Source of the DNA: a virus
Lineage: Duplodnaviria; Heunggongvirae; Uroviricota; Caudoviricetes
Length of the DNA: 64,000 nucleotides
IMG/VR virus record: IMGVR_UViG_3300027509_000001
Location: 64,001 to 128,000 of that record
Strand: one strand, 5' to 3'
Part shown: positions 35,567 to 44,338 of the stretch, in pieces
Layout of the letters: every line of letters starts with the position of its first letter
Numbering within the stretch: the first letter of the stretch is position 1
Notes under the pieces: model-generated
Database searches by the model: none
The model's input: only the letters and a program-made list of their open reading frames with translations
Told to the model about the DNA's origin: nothing
Position numbers and translations under genes: made by a program

Positions 35567-36721
35567 TTACTTTATATACATTTTCATTGGTACTCCAGCC
35601 AAATGCTGTTCTAAATATTCAGCTTCTGCTGCTTTCTTTTCGAGTTGGGCTTTTGAACCAAATGAGTCTAAAAATTCTTTTATTTCTTCAATTAACGATT
35701 CTTGTTCTGCGGCTGCCTGTGTTAACAGATCGTCCGAATTCAATGTTATTTCTGTATCGGGAATTGGTATTTGCGAATATTTGCCCCGTACAAAACCTAA
35801 CATCTCTTTACAAAGTGCTAAGGCATATCTTTGCATCCAATTTCTAGCGATTGAATTCGTTGCACTATATTTTAAATTATCATATGGTATATTGCTAATA
35901 TCAGAAATCAATGATTCGCTTTGGTCAATATTAATATCTTCTGATTCTAATGTGTAATCGAAGTATATTTTTGTTGCATGAGTTGGAACTGGAAAAATTC
36001 GTATTTTATCTCCAGTTAATTTAAAACCATAATGACTTTTTCTTATCTGATCGTTTAATTCAACCGCTTGAATTCGTTGCACATCACTATTTAATGGCGT
36101 CAATAAGTAATCAGAACCTACTCCATTCATTCCAAATTCATCTATTAGAGCTTGATTGGTGCCTGCGCCTGCTGCTTGGGTTATATATCTACTTGAGGCT
36201 GGACTTGGAGAATGATATACTTTTCTTATTGTAAATTCGTCAGATGTTGGATCACCAAGTTCTAATTCAGTATCTGTGTCATCAGTTAAATTATAAACTT
36301 GCTTACCAGCTGTGGTGTTTATAAATCCCTGATATTGATTTTGGGAACCGCCTGATGGAGCTGCTACTCCATATTGTTCTGCTACTTTAAAAACCCCAGA
36401 TAAACTTGCCTGTACATAATTACCTGTAAAGTTTAAAGCTCCAATTGGAGACCCTTGAACGTCCATTAGTAGATCTCTCGCTGCATACATATGAAGATAA
36501 TATCCATACTTCATAACAGACTCTTCATAAGCTGCATAAAAATTATCAGATATCAATTCTACATCAACTATTGGATATCCTAATCTTCTAGCTGCCCACT
36601 TGGAAAACTTATCTATGTCAGTTGCAAAATCACCGTCAGCGTCAAAATGCCCATATGGTGTTTCTCCAGCTGCGAATGTACTTGATCCTGTCCATGTATT
36701 TATTACTGGTTCATCTGCCAT
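35567..36721 (-). CDS. Neck/head-tail adaptor protein (gp13-like)
   Basis: RRLGYPIVDVEL, YALALCKEMLGFVRGKY..IPIP, ITLN, MKMYIK C-terminus. Confidence 0.8.
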   Translation of the reverse strand: MADEPVINTWTGSSTFAAGETPYGHFDADGDFATDIDKFSKWAARRLGYPIVDVELISDNFYAAYEESVMKYGYYLHMYAARDLLMDVQGSPIGALNFTGNYVQASLSGVFKVAEQYGVAAPSGGSQNQYQGFINTTAGKQVYNLTDDTDTELELGDPTSDEFTIRKVYHSPSPASSRYITQAAGAGTNQALIDEFGMNGVGSDYLLTPLNSDVQRIQAVELNDQIRKSHYGFKLTGDKIRIFPVPTHATKIYFDYTLESEDINIDQSESLISDISNIPYDNLKYSATNSIARNWMQRYALALCKEMLGFVRGKYSQIPIPDTEITLNSDDLLTQAAAEQESLIEEIKEFLDSFGSKAQLEKKAAEAEYLEQHLAGVPMKMYIK

Positions 36722-37086
36722 TAGTAGTTTAACCTAATTTCAATCTTTTTAATTGCCACCTGTGTTTTTTCAATTGACATGTTTACTTTGTTTAGTTTTT
36801 CGCCGTAATTATTTGCATCGTTGTCTGTCCATTCTAAACCCTTTTGACCAGATTCTGAGTCCATATCTGAGAATATTTCTCTTTTTTCTATATATAAGTT
36901 TTTTAGTTGGCGTTGCATGTTCCACAAGTTGTTTTCTAAAGACTCCCTCTGTTTACCATACACTCTTTTCTTAAGGTTGGAATTCGATTGAGATTTTAAT
37001 TTATCATGGACCATTTGTCTGGCGCGAACCCTTATAAGGACAGGGTCATTTGCATGTAAAGCTTCGTTCCAAATTTGTCTGTTCAT
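36721..37086 (-). CDS. Coiled-coil protein with MNRQIWNE leader
   Basis: MNRQIWNEALHAN. Confidence 0.7.
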   Translation of the reverse strand: MNRQIWNEALHANDPVLIRVRARQMVHDKLKSQSNSNLKKRVYGKQRESLENNLWNMQRQLKNLYIEKREIFSDMDSESGQKGLEWTDNDANNYGEKLNKVNMSIEKTQVAIKKIEIRLNY

Positions 37087-37398
37087 TTAGCCCATATCCT
37101 TCATGTCCTCTTCAACTTCCATCATATTATTTAATACTTTATCAATAGTAACATCAAAGTCTCTACCAGATTGCTTAGTAAGTAAATTTCTTACGATTCT
37201 ATAACAATTTTCAGTATCATTAGTAAACATTTTATATTTACCTGTTTCTCTAGATAATGTACGTAAATCACTTTCAGCACTTTCTAAAGTCTTTTGAATT
37301 TTCTCTAAAGATTTAATCCATGTTTGTAATGTCGAAAGTTTAAGATCGTTGCGCTCATTTAATCTTTGAGCTGCTTCTTTTAATTCTATTAATTTCAT
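37087..37398 (-). CDS. Helical protein with MKLIELKE...LNE leader
   Basis: Start moved to ATG at 37398, preceded by AAAAAGGA. Confidence 0.7.
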   Translation of the reverse strand: MKLIELKEAAQRLNERNDLKLSTLQTWIKSLEKIQKTLESAESDLRTLSRETGKYKMFTNDTENCYRIVRNLLTKQSGRDFDVTIDKVLNNMMEVEEDMKDMG

Positions 37399-37399
37399 T

Positions 37400-37645
37400 T
37401 TAAGTCCTTTTTCCATGATCCCACAATAAAGTAGAAATTATATCTAATAATTTTTTATCTGAAGGAGATGATTTAACATTCATGATTCCAGATCCGCCTA
37501 CTGTGAAACTGGCTATTTGTTTTGTTCCCTCATAAAACCCACCTTCGTTTGTGTTAACGTCTACTTTCATTACATACTTTCCTAATTTAGTATTCTGAAC
37601 GTTTTCGCTATCTTTTAAGGCTTGATTCCATATCTTACTATTCAT
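37400..37645 (-). CDS. Small protein with MNSKIWNQ leader
   Basis: Start moved to ATG at 37645, preceded by AAAAGGA. Confidence 0.7.
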   Translation of the reverse strand: MNSKIWNQALKDSENVQNTKLGKYVMKVDVNTNEGGFYEGTKQIASFTVGGSGIMNVKSSPSDKKLLDIISTLLWDHGKRT

Positions 37646-37658
37646 TTTATTTTTCCTT

Positions 37659-37973
37659 TTATAATTTAAATGCAATATAGGAATCGTCTCCGTCTCCGTT
37701 TAATTCATCCCAGAAATATTCTGCTGCTTCTTCTGGGGTGTCGTAATCTTCAATTGAACCATCTTTAGTAACCTTTCGGATAACCATTTGTTTTAATTGC
37801 TTACCAGTTCCTTTATAAAATTCTTCTTGGCCCTGATATTTGCTAATAAATAGCATATACTTAGTTCCGTCTTTAAGGTCTTTCCATTGGTAATTTTTAT
37901 CATTCAATGATTGCATTGATTCTAATATTACATTTGATTCGTTTAGAACTTCATTCCAAATTTTCTTATTCAT
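37659..37973 (-). CDS. Small acidic protein with MNKKIWNE leader
   Basis: MNKKIWNEVLNESNVILES. Confidence 0.75.
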   Translation of the reverse strand: MNKKIWNEVLNESNVILESMQSLNDKNYQWKDLKDGTKYMLFISKYQGQEEFYKGTGKQLKQMVIRKVTKDGSIEDYDTPEEAAEYFWDELNGDGDDSYIAFKL

Positions 37974-37984
37974 TTTATTTCCTT

Positions 37985-38314
37985 TTAAATATCTTTAAAT
38001 TCAATATTAGCTAATTTTTCAGTTTTTTTAAGAGCTTCATATGCTGATTTCCATGGGGACTCTTTTTCATTGTGATCGAAAAATATTCCAAACTGATTTA
38101 TTGGTCTTGCATTTGCTTTTCTAGCTTCGTGATCTGCATATATAAATACAAACGCCACATTTTCATTAGTCGTCTCAATAACAGTTTCTTGATGCCCGTC
38201 CGGTCTATCTATTAATTTATCATCATCTGACCTAGCTAATGTTATTTTTTTGATTCGATAGTATGCATTTTCTATGATATCATTTTGAAATGTATAATTT
38301 GCTATTATTGCCAT
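37985..38314 (-). CDS. Hypothetical protein
   Basis: 109 aa ORF. Confidence 0.65.
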   Translation of the reverse strand: MAIIANYTFQNDIIENAYYRIKKITLARSDDDKLIDRPDGHQETVIETTNENVAFVFIYADHEARKANARPINQFGIFFDHNEKESPWKSAYEALKKTEKLANIEFKDI

Positions 38315-38408
38315 ATTAAAATATTAGATTTAACGTAATTTAAATTAGATGTAAGCGACTTTATGTCGTTATGTATATAAGTATGCCAGATGATTTAAAT
38401 TGCTTAAA

Positions 38409-38639
38409 TTAAATGCTTCTTTGCAAGTCCTTTAATATCATCCTATATATTGTGTTTTGATCACTTTGGGAAACATCTTCTATGTTTAGGCCTGCATCAT
38501 CCAGTGCCGTTTCCCAATTATCGTCTATAAGATTATAAATACTTATCGAATCTACAATAGTTTTCATTTCAGCCTTAGATAATTTGCCCGGTTGCGATTC
38601 GTTTATACCAGCTATTTTTAATTGTTGCTCGTTTAACAT
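38409..38639 (-). CDS. Small acidic hypothetical protein (MLNE...GINES)
   Basis: Start moved to ATG at 38639, preceded by CAAAGGA. Confidence 0.65.
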   Translation of the reverse strand: MLNEQQLKIAGINESQPGKLSKAEMKTIVDSISIYNLIDDNWETALDDAGLNIEDVSQSDQNTIYRMILKDLQRSI

Positions 38640-38671
38640 TTTATTTCCTTTGTTGTGTTTATAATTAGCAA

Positions 38672-40180
38672 TTAAATATTCATTTCGTATTTTAAACTTC
38701 CGCAATCCCAAATTCTATCATAACCCAAATTTAACATGTTCTGATATTCAGTTAATTCTTTATTTGCAGTTGGAAATTTTTGTAAAATATTTGACTTAGT
38801 AAAATTAAATCTATGCCGTCTAGTTTTATGATCTAATATATACCAATAATTTGGAGCTCCATCTGATATTTTAGTAAATCCTATCTGTTCATATAAATTT
38901 CCATTACTATATCTTCTATCAGCATACGAGATGATTTTTTCTGGAGAGTAACAACGAATAAAATAGTTTAATAATTTTGATGCTCCTCCGATTACACTAC
39001 AATTTATCTTATTACAAAATCTTAATAATTCCCATTGAGGATTGTTCGATCCAGTAATTTTTCTTTTAGTAAAATTCATAACTGAAACTAATTCATTATT
39101 ATAATACAATCCAATGTGAACTTTTGCTCCAATACTGCCCTGTAAATGATTTAATTTTAAGAATTGCATGGAATCTTTAGAGTTAAGCAATTTAATTTGA
39201 CATTTCCTAGCATATATTCTAGTCTTTACGTCTCCTAGCATCGAATCAATTCTGGACAAAACTATATTTTTATGGTTTAACCATTCATCCTCAAATATAT
39301 GAATCAATTGTATATTATTTTTAATTGCAAGATTTGTTTTGTCCAAATGGTAATTTTTATGTTTTCCAGATCCTTCTTTGTGCCAATATAAACCATTATA
39401 TTCAATCGCAATATTTTTTATAGGAATATAAAGATCGAATTCAGTTCCTAATTTTCTATAATTTGGAATTACTTCTAGATTTTTTCTAGATATATAAGAT
39501 TCAAGTTCTAATTCTGGTTTTGATCTCCATGTGTTTTTTTGCAATTCAATATTTTCATGCCATAACTTACTTAATTTATCACTGGTTTTATTTGACACTA
39601 TTGGCCCATATAATTCTTTATAAGTAGCCTGTGTCATATTATGCTTCTTAAGATGACTATTCGTTATAGTTTTAAGTCGGTCTCCACAAATTTGACATTC
39701 AACTCCACCAGATTCTGTATTAATTAATGACGTTCTCGTTGATTCTCTATTATGCATTACGTATAATGGTTTGAATTCTGGAAAATTAGAAATTATATCA
39801 GTTACAGATTTTCCATGTTTCTTTTTACAATGAGATGTAAACATTCCTGATTTATTATTGACGTCAATTGTTGTCCAGTTACAATATGGGCATTTAATAG
39901 TTGGTCTCGTATCTTTTGGTTTATCGATAATTTCCCAGTCATCCCAATTCAATTCGTAACCTAAAACATTTCTGCTATATTTTCCTAGAGCCCCGGATTT
40001 ATTTAAAATGTCTGTAGAAGTTTTTCCTGTCGCAACATGTTTAATTAATTTATCTTTGGGGTTTTTAATATTAGATTGGCGTTTGGCGTTTAATTCTTTG
40101 TCATTGAATTTACATTCATTCGAACAATAGTATTTACCAGTTTTTAAAATTTCATTTCCACAAATTTTACAAATTTTCAT
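38672..40180 (-). CDS. Zn-finger + Vsr/PD-(D/E)XK-like endonuclease + GNAT-like C-terminal domain (Hef-like putative homing endonuclease)
   Basis: CxxC and C2H2-like motifs (CKICG, CPYC...HCKKKH, CQICG...HLKKH), SKPELEL...FDLYIP.KNIAIEYNGLYWH, then RIYARKC...NHLQG...WELLRFC...IGGASKLL...ISYADRRYS.G.LY. Confidence 0.7.
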   Translation of the reverse strand: MKICKICGNEILKTGKYYCSNECKFNDKELNAKRQSNIKNPKDKLIKHVATGKTSTDILNKSGALGKYSRNVLGYELNWDDWEIIDKPKDTRPTIKCPYCNWTTIDVNNKSGMFTSHCKKKHGKSVTDIISNFPEFKPLYVMHNRESTRTSLINTESGGVECQICGDRLKTITNSHLKKHNMTQATYKELYGPIVSNKTSDKLSKLWHENIELQKNTWRSKPELELESYISRKNLEVIPNYRKLGTEFDLYIPIKNIAIEYNGLYWHKEGSGKHKNYHLDKTNLAIKNNIQLIHIFEDEWLNHKNIVLSRIDSMLGDVKTRIYARKCQIKLLNSKDSMQFLKLNHLQGSIGAKVHIGLYYNNELVSVMNFTKRKITGSNNPQWELLRFCNKINCSVIGGASKLLNYFIRCYSPEKIISYADRRYSNGNLYEQIGFTKISDGAPNYWYILDHKTRRHRFNFTKSNILQKFPTANKELTEYQNMLNLGYDRIWDCGSLKYEMNI

Positions 40181-40254
40181 AGTTTTTAATTTTACTCCTA
40201 TTAAAGGTCTGCTATTATAACTATTAACGCAAAAGATCGGAATATAGTTTAATC

Positions 40255-40283
40255 AAAAAAAGAGTGGATATTTCTACCCACTC
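40255..40283 (-). terminator. Intrinsic terminator after major capsid gene
   Basis: Minus strand GAGTGGgTA-GAAA-TAtCCACTC followed by T7. Confidence 0.8.
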
Positions 40284-40315
40284 AATCATTACTTTAAAAT
40301 ATAAATTTTAGAATC

Positions 40316-41944
40316 TTATACTGTATCCAAACCGTCAATTTGAATAGTACCATAAAATTCAGGTCTTAATATCTTCTTAGCATATCTTGTCATTACGCCT
40401 TTACGTGGTGTAAAGTTGTCTGGATCAAGTACTAGAGGAGTCGTAATCAATGGAATATATGGAGCATATACTGCACCTGTTTCCAAATACTCAGAACCTC
40501 TGTATCCCATAAGAATTAAATTCTCTGTCATGTAAGGATTTTTATAAACAGTAAATCTGTTATTTAAAGCCCCTACCTTTCTAACACCCATTGCAAATTG
40601 TGACTTGTCACCATCTGTACTAGCTGCATAACCAGGAATTGATTCAATGATTGTAGCTACTTCTGGGCTAGTTACCATAAAGTTTGCACCACCTCTCATT
40701 GTCAATTTGTTAATTTGATTCGATACACTTTGCAATTTAGTACCTAACGTTTGGAACCATGTTCCTTGGTTATAAGCACTTGCATTTGCAGAAGTTTGTG
40801 AGAATTGTTTTGTCCCTGCATCATATTCAAAACCAATTTTTGCAGACCATCTGTTTGTAGTTTGCGCATTAGTAATTAACATGTCCAATAATTCAAAATC
40901 AATTTCCTGAGAAATATATTCACCTAACATTGCAGTTAATTCTGCTTCTGCATCAATTGAATGATATGCATTAATGTCTTGGCTAAATTCTGGAGTCCAG
41001 ATTGCTTTTAACTTTCTTGTCTTAGCAACAATAGTCTCTTGTCTCATTTGTAGATCTAAAGTAGGAATATCTAACGGATCTTCTCCAGTCTTTCCTTCTT
41101 CAAAATCACCTCTAGTAATATCTGTTGGTTGCTTGTGATAAGCTACGGTTGGAGTAGCTGCTGCCATGTTAGTAGCATTTGTTCCACTTTCTCCTACAAT
41201 AATAAATGTAATCTCAGTTTGGTCAGATGATACTCTAGTATACTGGCTCAATTGAGTTTTAATTAATGGATCTGTGATTGTAAACGCTCTTACACCTTCT
41301 AGGTCTGGAGTAGTTAAGTCTGCTACTGGAACAACTACTTTAAGTACTCTATCTGCGGTAATATCTGCGTCTAATAACGCTAATACTTCACTGTTGTATT
41401 GTAAATCAAATTCTTTAGTTGCTTGAACTGAAGTCGCTGAATCTACACTTGCTACAACATCTACATCGTTTACTGAATATCCAAATCTACCAACACCATA
41501 TAATCCACCAGTACCAACTGCATCTCCACGTCTTGCGTCTGTAACACCAAATACACTATCTTCTTGAGAGTCTCTAGCTGAGCCTGTTTTATAACCTGCT
41601 TGTCCAGTTGCGTATTTATGTTCTAGCCAGAATACTAAACCGTTAGGTAAGTTCATTGGTTGAGTAGAAACAAATTCTTTAGAAGATATACTTGAAAAGA
41701 TTCTTCTAATTAATGGTAATGCAATTCCTGCCCACTCTTCTGCGCCTTTTTCAGTTGAAGTTGAGTTTGCTTCATTTAAAATTTGACCTGCTTGATTTTC
41801 TAACAAGCGAGCCAATTGATTTGCTTCTGATTCATTTAAACCAGTTAACAATTTAGTTGGTGCCCATTTTTCTACCAACCTTTTCATTTCCGCTGCTCTA
41901 TCTGCTCTTTTATTTGCAGTCGGGAATAATGATTTAACGTTCAT
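40316..41944 (-). CDS. Major capsid protein (T4 gp23-like)
   Basis: LVEKW...LLENQ, LPLIRRIF, VSTQPMNLPNGLVF, TRKLKAIWTPE..QD..AYHSIDAEAELT, YAPYIPL, FTPRKGVMTRYA. Confidence 0.97.
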   Translation of the reverse strand: MNVKSLFPTANKRADRAAEMKRLVEKWAPTKLLTGLNESEANQLARLLENQAGQILNEANSTSTEKGAEEWAGIALPLIRRIFSSISSKEFVSTQPMNLPNGLVFWLEHKYATGQAGYKTGSARDSQEDSVFGVTDARRGDAVGTGGLYGVGRFGYSVNDVDVVASVDSATSVQATKEFDLQYNSEVLALLDADITADRVLKVVVPVADLTTPDLEGVRAFTITDPLIKTQLSQYTRVSSDQTEITFIIVGESGTNATNMAAATPTVAYHKQPTDITRGDFEEGKTGEDPLDIPTLDLQMRQETIVAKTRKLKAIWTPEFSQDINAYHSIDAEAELTAMLGEYISQEIDFELLDMLITNAQTTNRWSAKIGFEYDAGTKQFSQTSANASAYNQGTWFQTLGTKLQSVSNQINKLTMRGGANFMVTSPEVATIIESIPGYAASTDGDKSQFAMGVRKVGALNNRFTVYKNPYMTENLILMGYRGSEYLETGAVYAPYIPLITTPLVLDPDNFTPRKGVMTRYAKKILRPEFYGTIQIDGLDTV

Positions 41945-41987
41945 GTTTATTTTCCTTGTAATCTTTTTTAATTAATAATGAATGATT

Positions 41988-42932
41988 TTATCCATTCAAT
42001 GGTGTAATACCAGCAATTTTCATCATTCTTTCTGAAACAATGTCTTTAACTGGGTCGGCTGTTTTAGCTCCAATGGCTTTTATATCCTGTGAAGCAGTTT
42101 CTGCTAATCTAGCTTTTGCTTTTGATCCAGAATTTTGTAATGTTTCTGCGATTGTTGCATATACTAATTTAGCATCTTTAACAGTAGAAGTTCTGTCAAA
42201 CGCTTCTAAAACTTTAAGTTTTGCTGATTCGCTTAATTCAAAATTCTTAATCAATTTATGTGAATACATTAATTTTGCATTTAGCAAGTTAACTTCCCCA
42301 TTAGTTTCTCTAAGAGTTTGAATTGCTTTATAAGCTTCTTTAAGGTCTGCTGTCATTTTCTCATTTGCTCTACTTTCGTTAGACTGAATGATTTGATAAG
42401 CTTCTTTAAGGTCTGCTTTTAATTCCGCAATTTCTTTTTTCATGTCTTCTTCAGTTTCATCCTCAACACTTTCATCAACATCTTCGCCTTTTTTCTTAGC
42501 GATTGCTTTTTTAAGTGCTGGTGGTAATTCACCTTCTTGCATGTCTTCTTCGTCTTCCATTTCCATTTCTTTAGTAACTTCAGAAATAATTTCATCTAAA
42601 TCGCTTTCAGTAATCTCTTTATCATCGTCCTTTAAATCGGATTCTAATTCAGCAATTACAGCTTCTAGATTTAAATCATCTTCATCTTCAGAAGATTCTT
42701 CTTTTAATTTTTCATCGTCACATCCCTCACCTTCTTTCATGTCACTTGCTGGAGTTGCGTCTTTACCGTCGTCCATATAGTCTTCGTCAGCCGCTTCTGT
42801 TGCTAGTTTTGCTTCGATCATTGTTTTAATCGTTGGTTGAAATGTTTCGTTGATTGTATCCATTGCATTTTTGTAAGCTGTTTCTTTTAAAAGTTTAGCT
42901 TCTGCAATAACATCTTTCAATAAGTTGTCCAT
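41988..42932 (-). CDS. Prohead core scaffold protein (gp22-like)
   Basis: Highly acidic coiled coil, EVNLLNAKL.YS.KL, FDRTSTVKDAKLVY, ERMMKIAGI; directly upstream of MCP. Confidence 0.85.
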   Translation of the reverse strand: MDNLLKDVIAEAKLLKETAYKNAMDTINETFQPTIKTMIEAKLATEAADEDYMDDGKDATPASDMKEGEGCDDEKLKEESSEDEDDLNLEAVIAELESDLKDDDKEITESDLDEIISEVTKEMEMEDEEDMQEGELPPALKKAIAKKKGEDVDESVEDETEEDMKKEIAELKADLKEAYQIIQSNESRANEKMTADLKEAYKAIQTLRETNGEVNLLNAKLMYSHKLIKNFELSESAKLKVLEAFDRTSTVKDAKLVYATIAETLQNSGSKAKARLAETASQDIKAIGAKTADPVKDIVSERMMKIAGITPLNG

Positions 42933-42955
42933 AACAAATATTGTCCTTTTGTATC

Positions 42956-43066
42956 TAAGATTATTTGAATCTTAATGTCTTATGTTTTAATTGAATTTAA
43001 ATAAGGATTTAGTATTGAGCACTAAATAAACACATGTAGAAATTCATGTGAGTTACCTATATATAG
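42956..43066 (-). promoter_or_regulatory. Late-type element plus three-hairpin 5' leader of the scaffold-MCP transcript
   Basis: CTATATATAG (43057-43066), then CACATG-N8-CATGTG, ATTTAGT-N7-ACTAAAT and TAAGATT-N5-AATCTTA, then AAAAGGA. Confidence 0.5.
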
Positions 43067-43093
43067 TAAGATTATATATAAAACAGTATAAAT

Positions 43094-43309
43094 CTAGGAA
43101 AATTGTTGGCGATATCTCGCTGATTCTACTGTTTTCCTACGCTTTACTGATTTTTTTGTAAAATGCCTATTTTCGAAAATTGTTTTTAATTTTCCAGATT
43201 TACTTACTTCTTCTTTCCATGTTTTTATGGCAAGTCGCAAATCTTTGTCTATAACTTTGGCACCTGTACCTTGGATTGTGCCTAAAAACTGTTTATCTTT
43301 TTTTCGCAT
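43094..43309 (-). CDS. rpsU: Phage-encoded ribosomal protein bS21
   Basis: KVIDKDLRLAIKTWKEEVSKSGKLKTIFENRHFTKKSVKRRK follows the bS21 pattern (V..nie.Al..fK..v.k.G.l.....r..f.KpS.krr); head-gene location is the known context of phage bS21. Confidence 0.8.
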   Translation of the reverse strand: MRKKDKQFLGTIQGTGAKVIDKDLRLAIKTWKEEVSKSGKLKTIFENRHFTKKSVKRRKTVESARYRQQFS

Positions 43310-43342
43310 ATAAAATATATATCTGAAATATTTGGATTTAAT

Positions 43343-44338
43343 TTATTTTTTTGTTAAAATGGCATTAATCGTTGTCATTATAGTTTGATAGTATCTAACT
43401 AGATTTCGAAAGTGGTAATCGATTTGTTTGCCATCATTATAATCTTTTATTGCGCTCGATAATTCATCTACTACGTTAATATATGTTGGAAGTAATTCTT
43501 TAGGACCTTTGCTCCAAGAAAAAAGTTCTGGGTTATCTAGCATATATTTAAAAGCCTTATCAGTTTGTGCCTTAAGGTTATGAACTTTTACAACATATTT
43601 TGCCAACTTAGGATCCATTTTACCTTTCCTCTTTTCTTTCTTCATTTGAGCAATTTTTTTGGCATAATTCAAATGCTTATCTCTTAAAATATCCCAATCA
43701 CTTCTTACAGAGTTTGCAAAATCTTTATTGTGCTCTTTAGAGACATTAACATCAGAATTTGATTTTATAACATACGCCGTGTATTTATTGGACATTAAAT
43801 CAGAATTTTTAATAACTGAAATCGATGATATTCCTGTTTTATTTGATTTTGCATTGCCTCTTCCAGTACTTACGTATACGTTATTCTGCTTTCCTATGCT
43901 TTTTCCTTTAGATGTACCATAACTATGCCTCGAACCAGACATATGGACATGCTTTCCACCTCTCATTATTCCCGCTATTTCTTTGTATCGTTCATCAACA
44001 AAAATGACCACATCTAATTTATTTTGAGTCATATGACTCTTGGCCTTGTCGCCTGGAATTATTAATATCATATCATCAGTTACATCCGATGATTTAATGC
44101 CCAATTTCGAGAGTCCATTGAACATATTAAATGCAGATCTTCGGTTCCAACCAGAATTTGCATCATTAGATGTATATACGTTGTATTTAGATATTTTTTG
44201 CATTTTAGATGATTTAAATGCTTCCTTTATTAAATACCTATTAATTGCTTCTTTTACAATTCTTTTAACTTGTGGTTTTGTATACGTTTTCATTTGCATT
44301 TGCATTATTTTAAACAACAATTTCCTGCCAATTCGCAA
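43343..44338 (-). CDS. Basic hypothetical protein (possible internal head protein)
   Basis: 331 aa, N-terminal IVKEAINRYLIKEA; located in the head operon. Confidence 0.6.
   Translation of the reverse strand: MRIGRKLLFKIMQMQMKTYTKPQVKRIVKEAINRYLIKEAFKSSKMQKISKYNVYTSNDANSGWNRRSAFNMFNGLSKLGIKSSDVTDDMILIIPGDKAKSHMTQNKLDVVIFVDERYKEIAGIMRGGKHVHMSGSRHSYGTSKGKSIGKQNNVYVSTGRGNAKSNKTGISSISVIKNSDLMSNKYTAYVIKSNSDVNVSKEHNKDFANSVRSDWDILRDKHLNYAKKIAQMKKEKRKGKMDPKLAKYVVKVHNLKAQTDKAFKYMLDNPELFSWSKGPKELLPTYINVVDELSSAIKDYNDGKQIDYHFRNLVRYYQTIMTTINAILTKK

Noticed and set aside
34522-37985. Dispersed 37-39 bp repeats as CRISPR or IS ends
   Set aside because: Spacing is irregular (hundreds to thousands of bp) and each copy is the RBS and start of a gene; no transposase
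38315-38408. Intergenic gap as tRNA or ncRNA
   Set aside because: No cloverleaf, T-loop or CCA; only a short CGAC/GTCG hairpin and an AT-rich promoter-like box
37087-38711. Longer ORF-track starts (37416, 37675, 38711; likewise 3044, 4402 and 6479)
   Set aside because: They overlap upstream genes or promoters; internal ATGs with RBS or homology-consistent N-termini fit better
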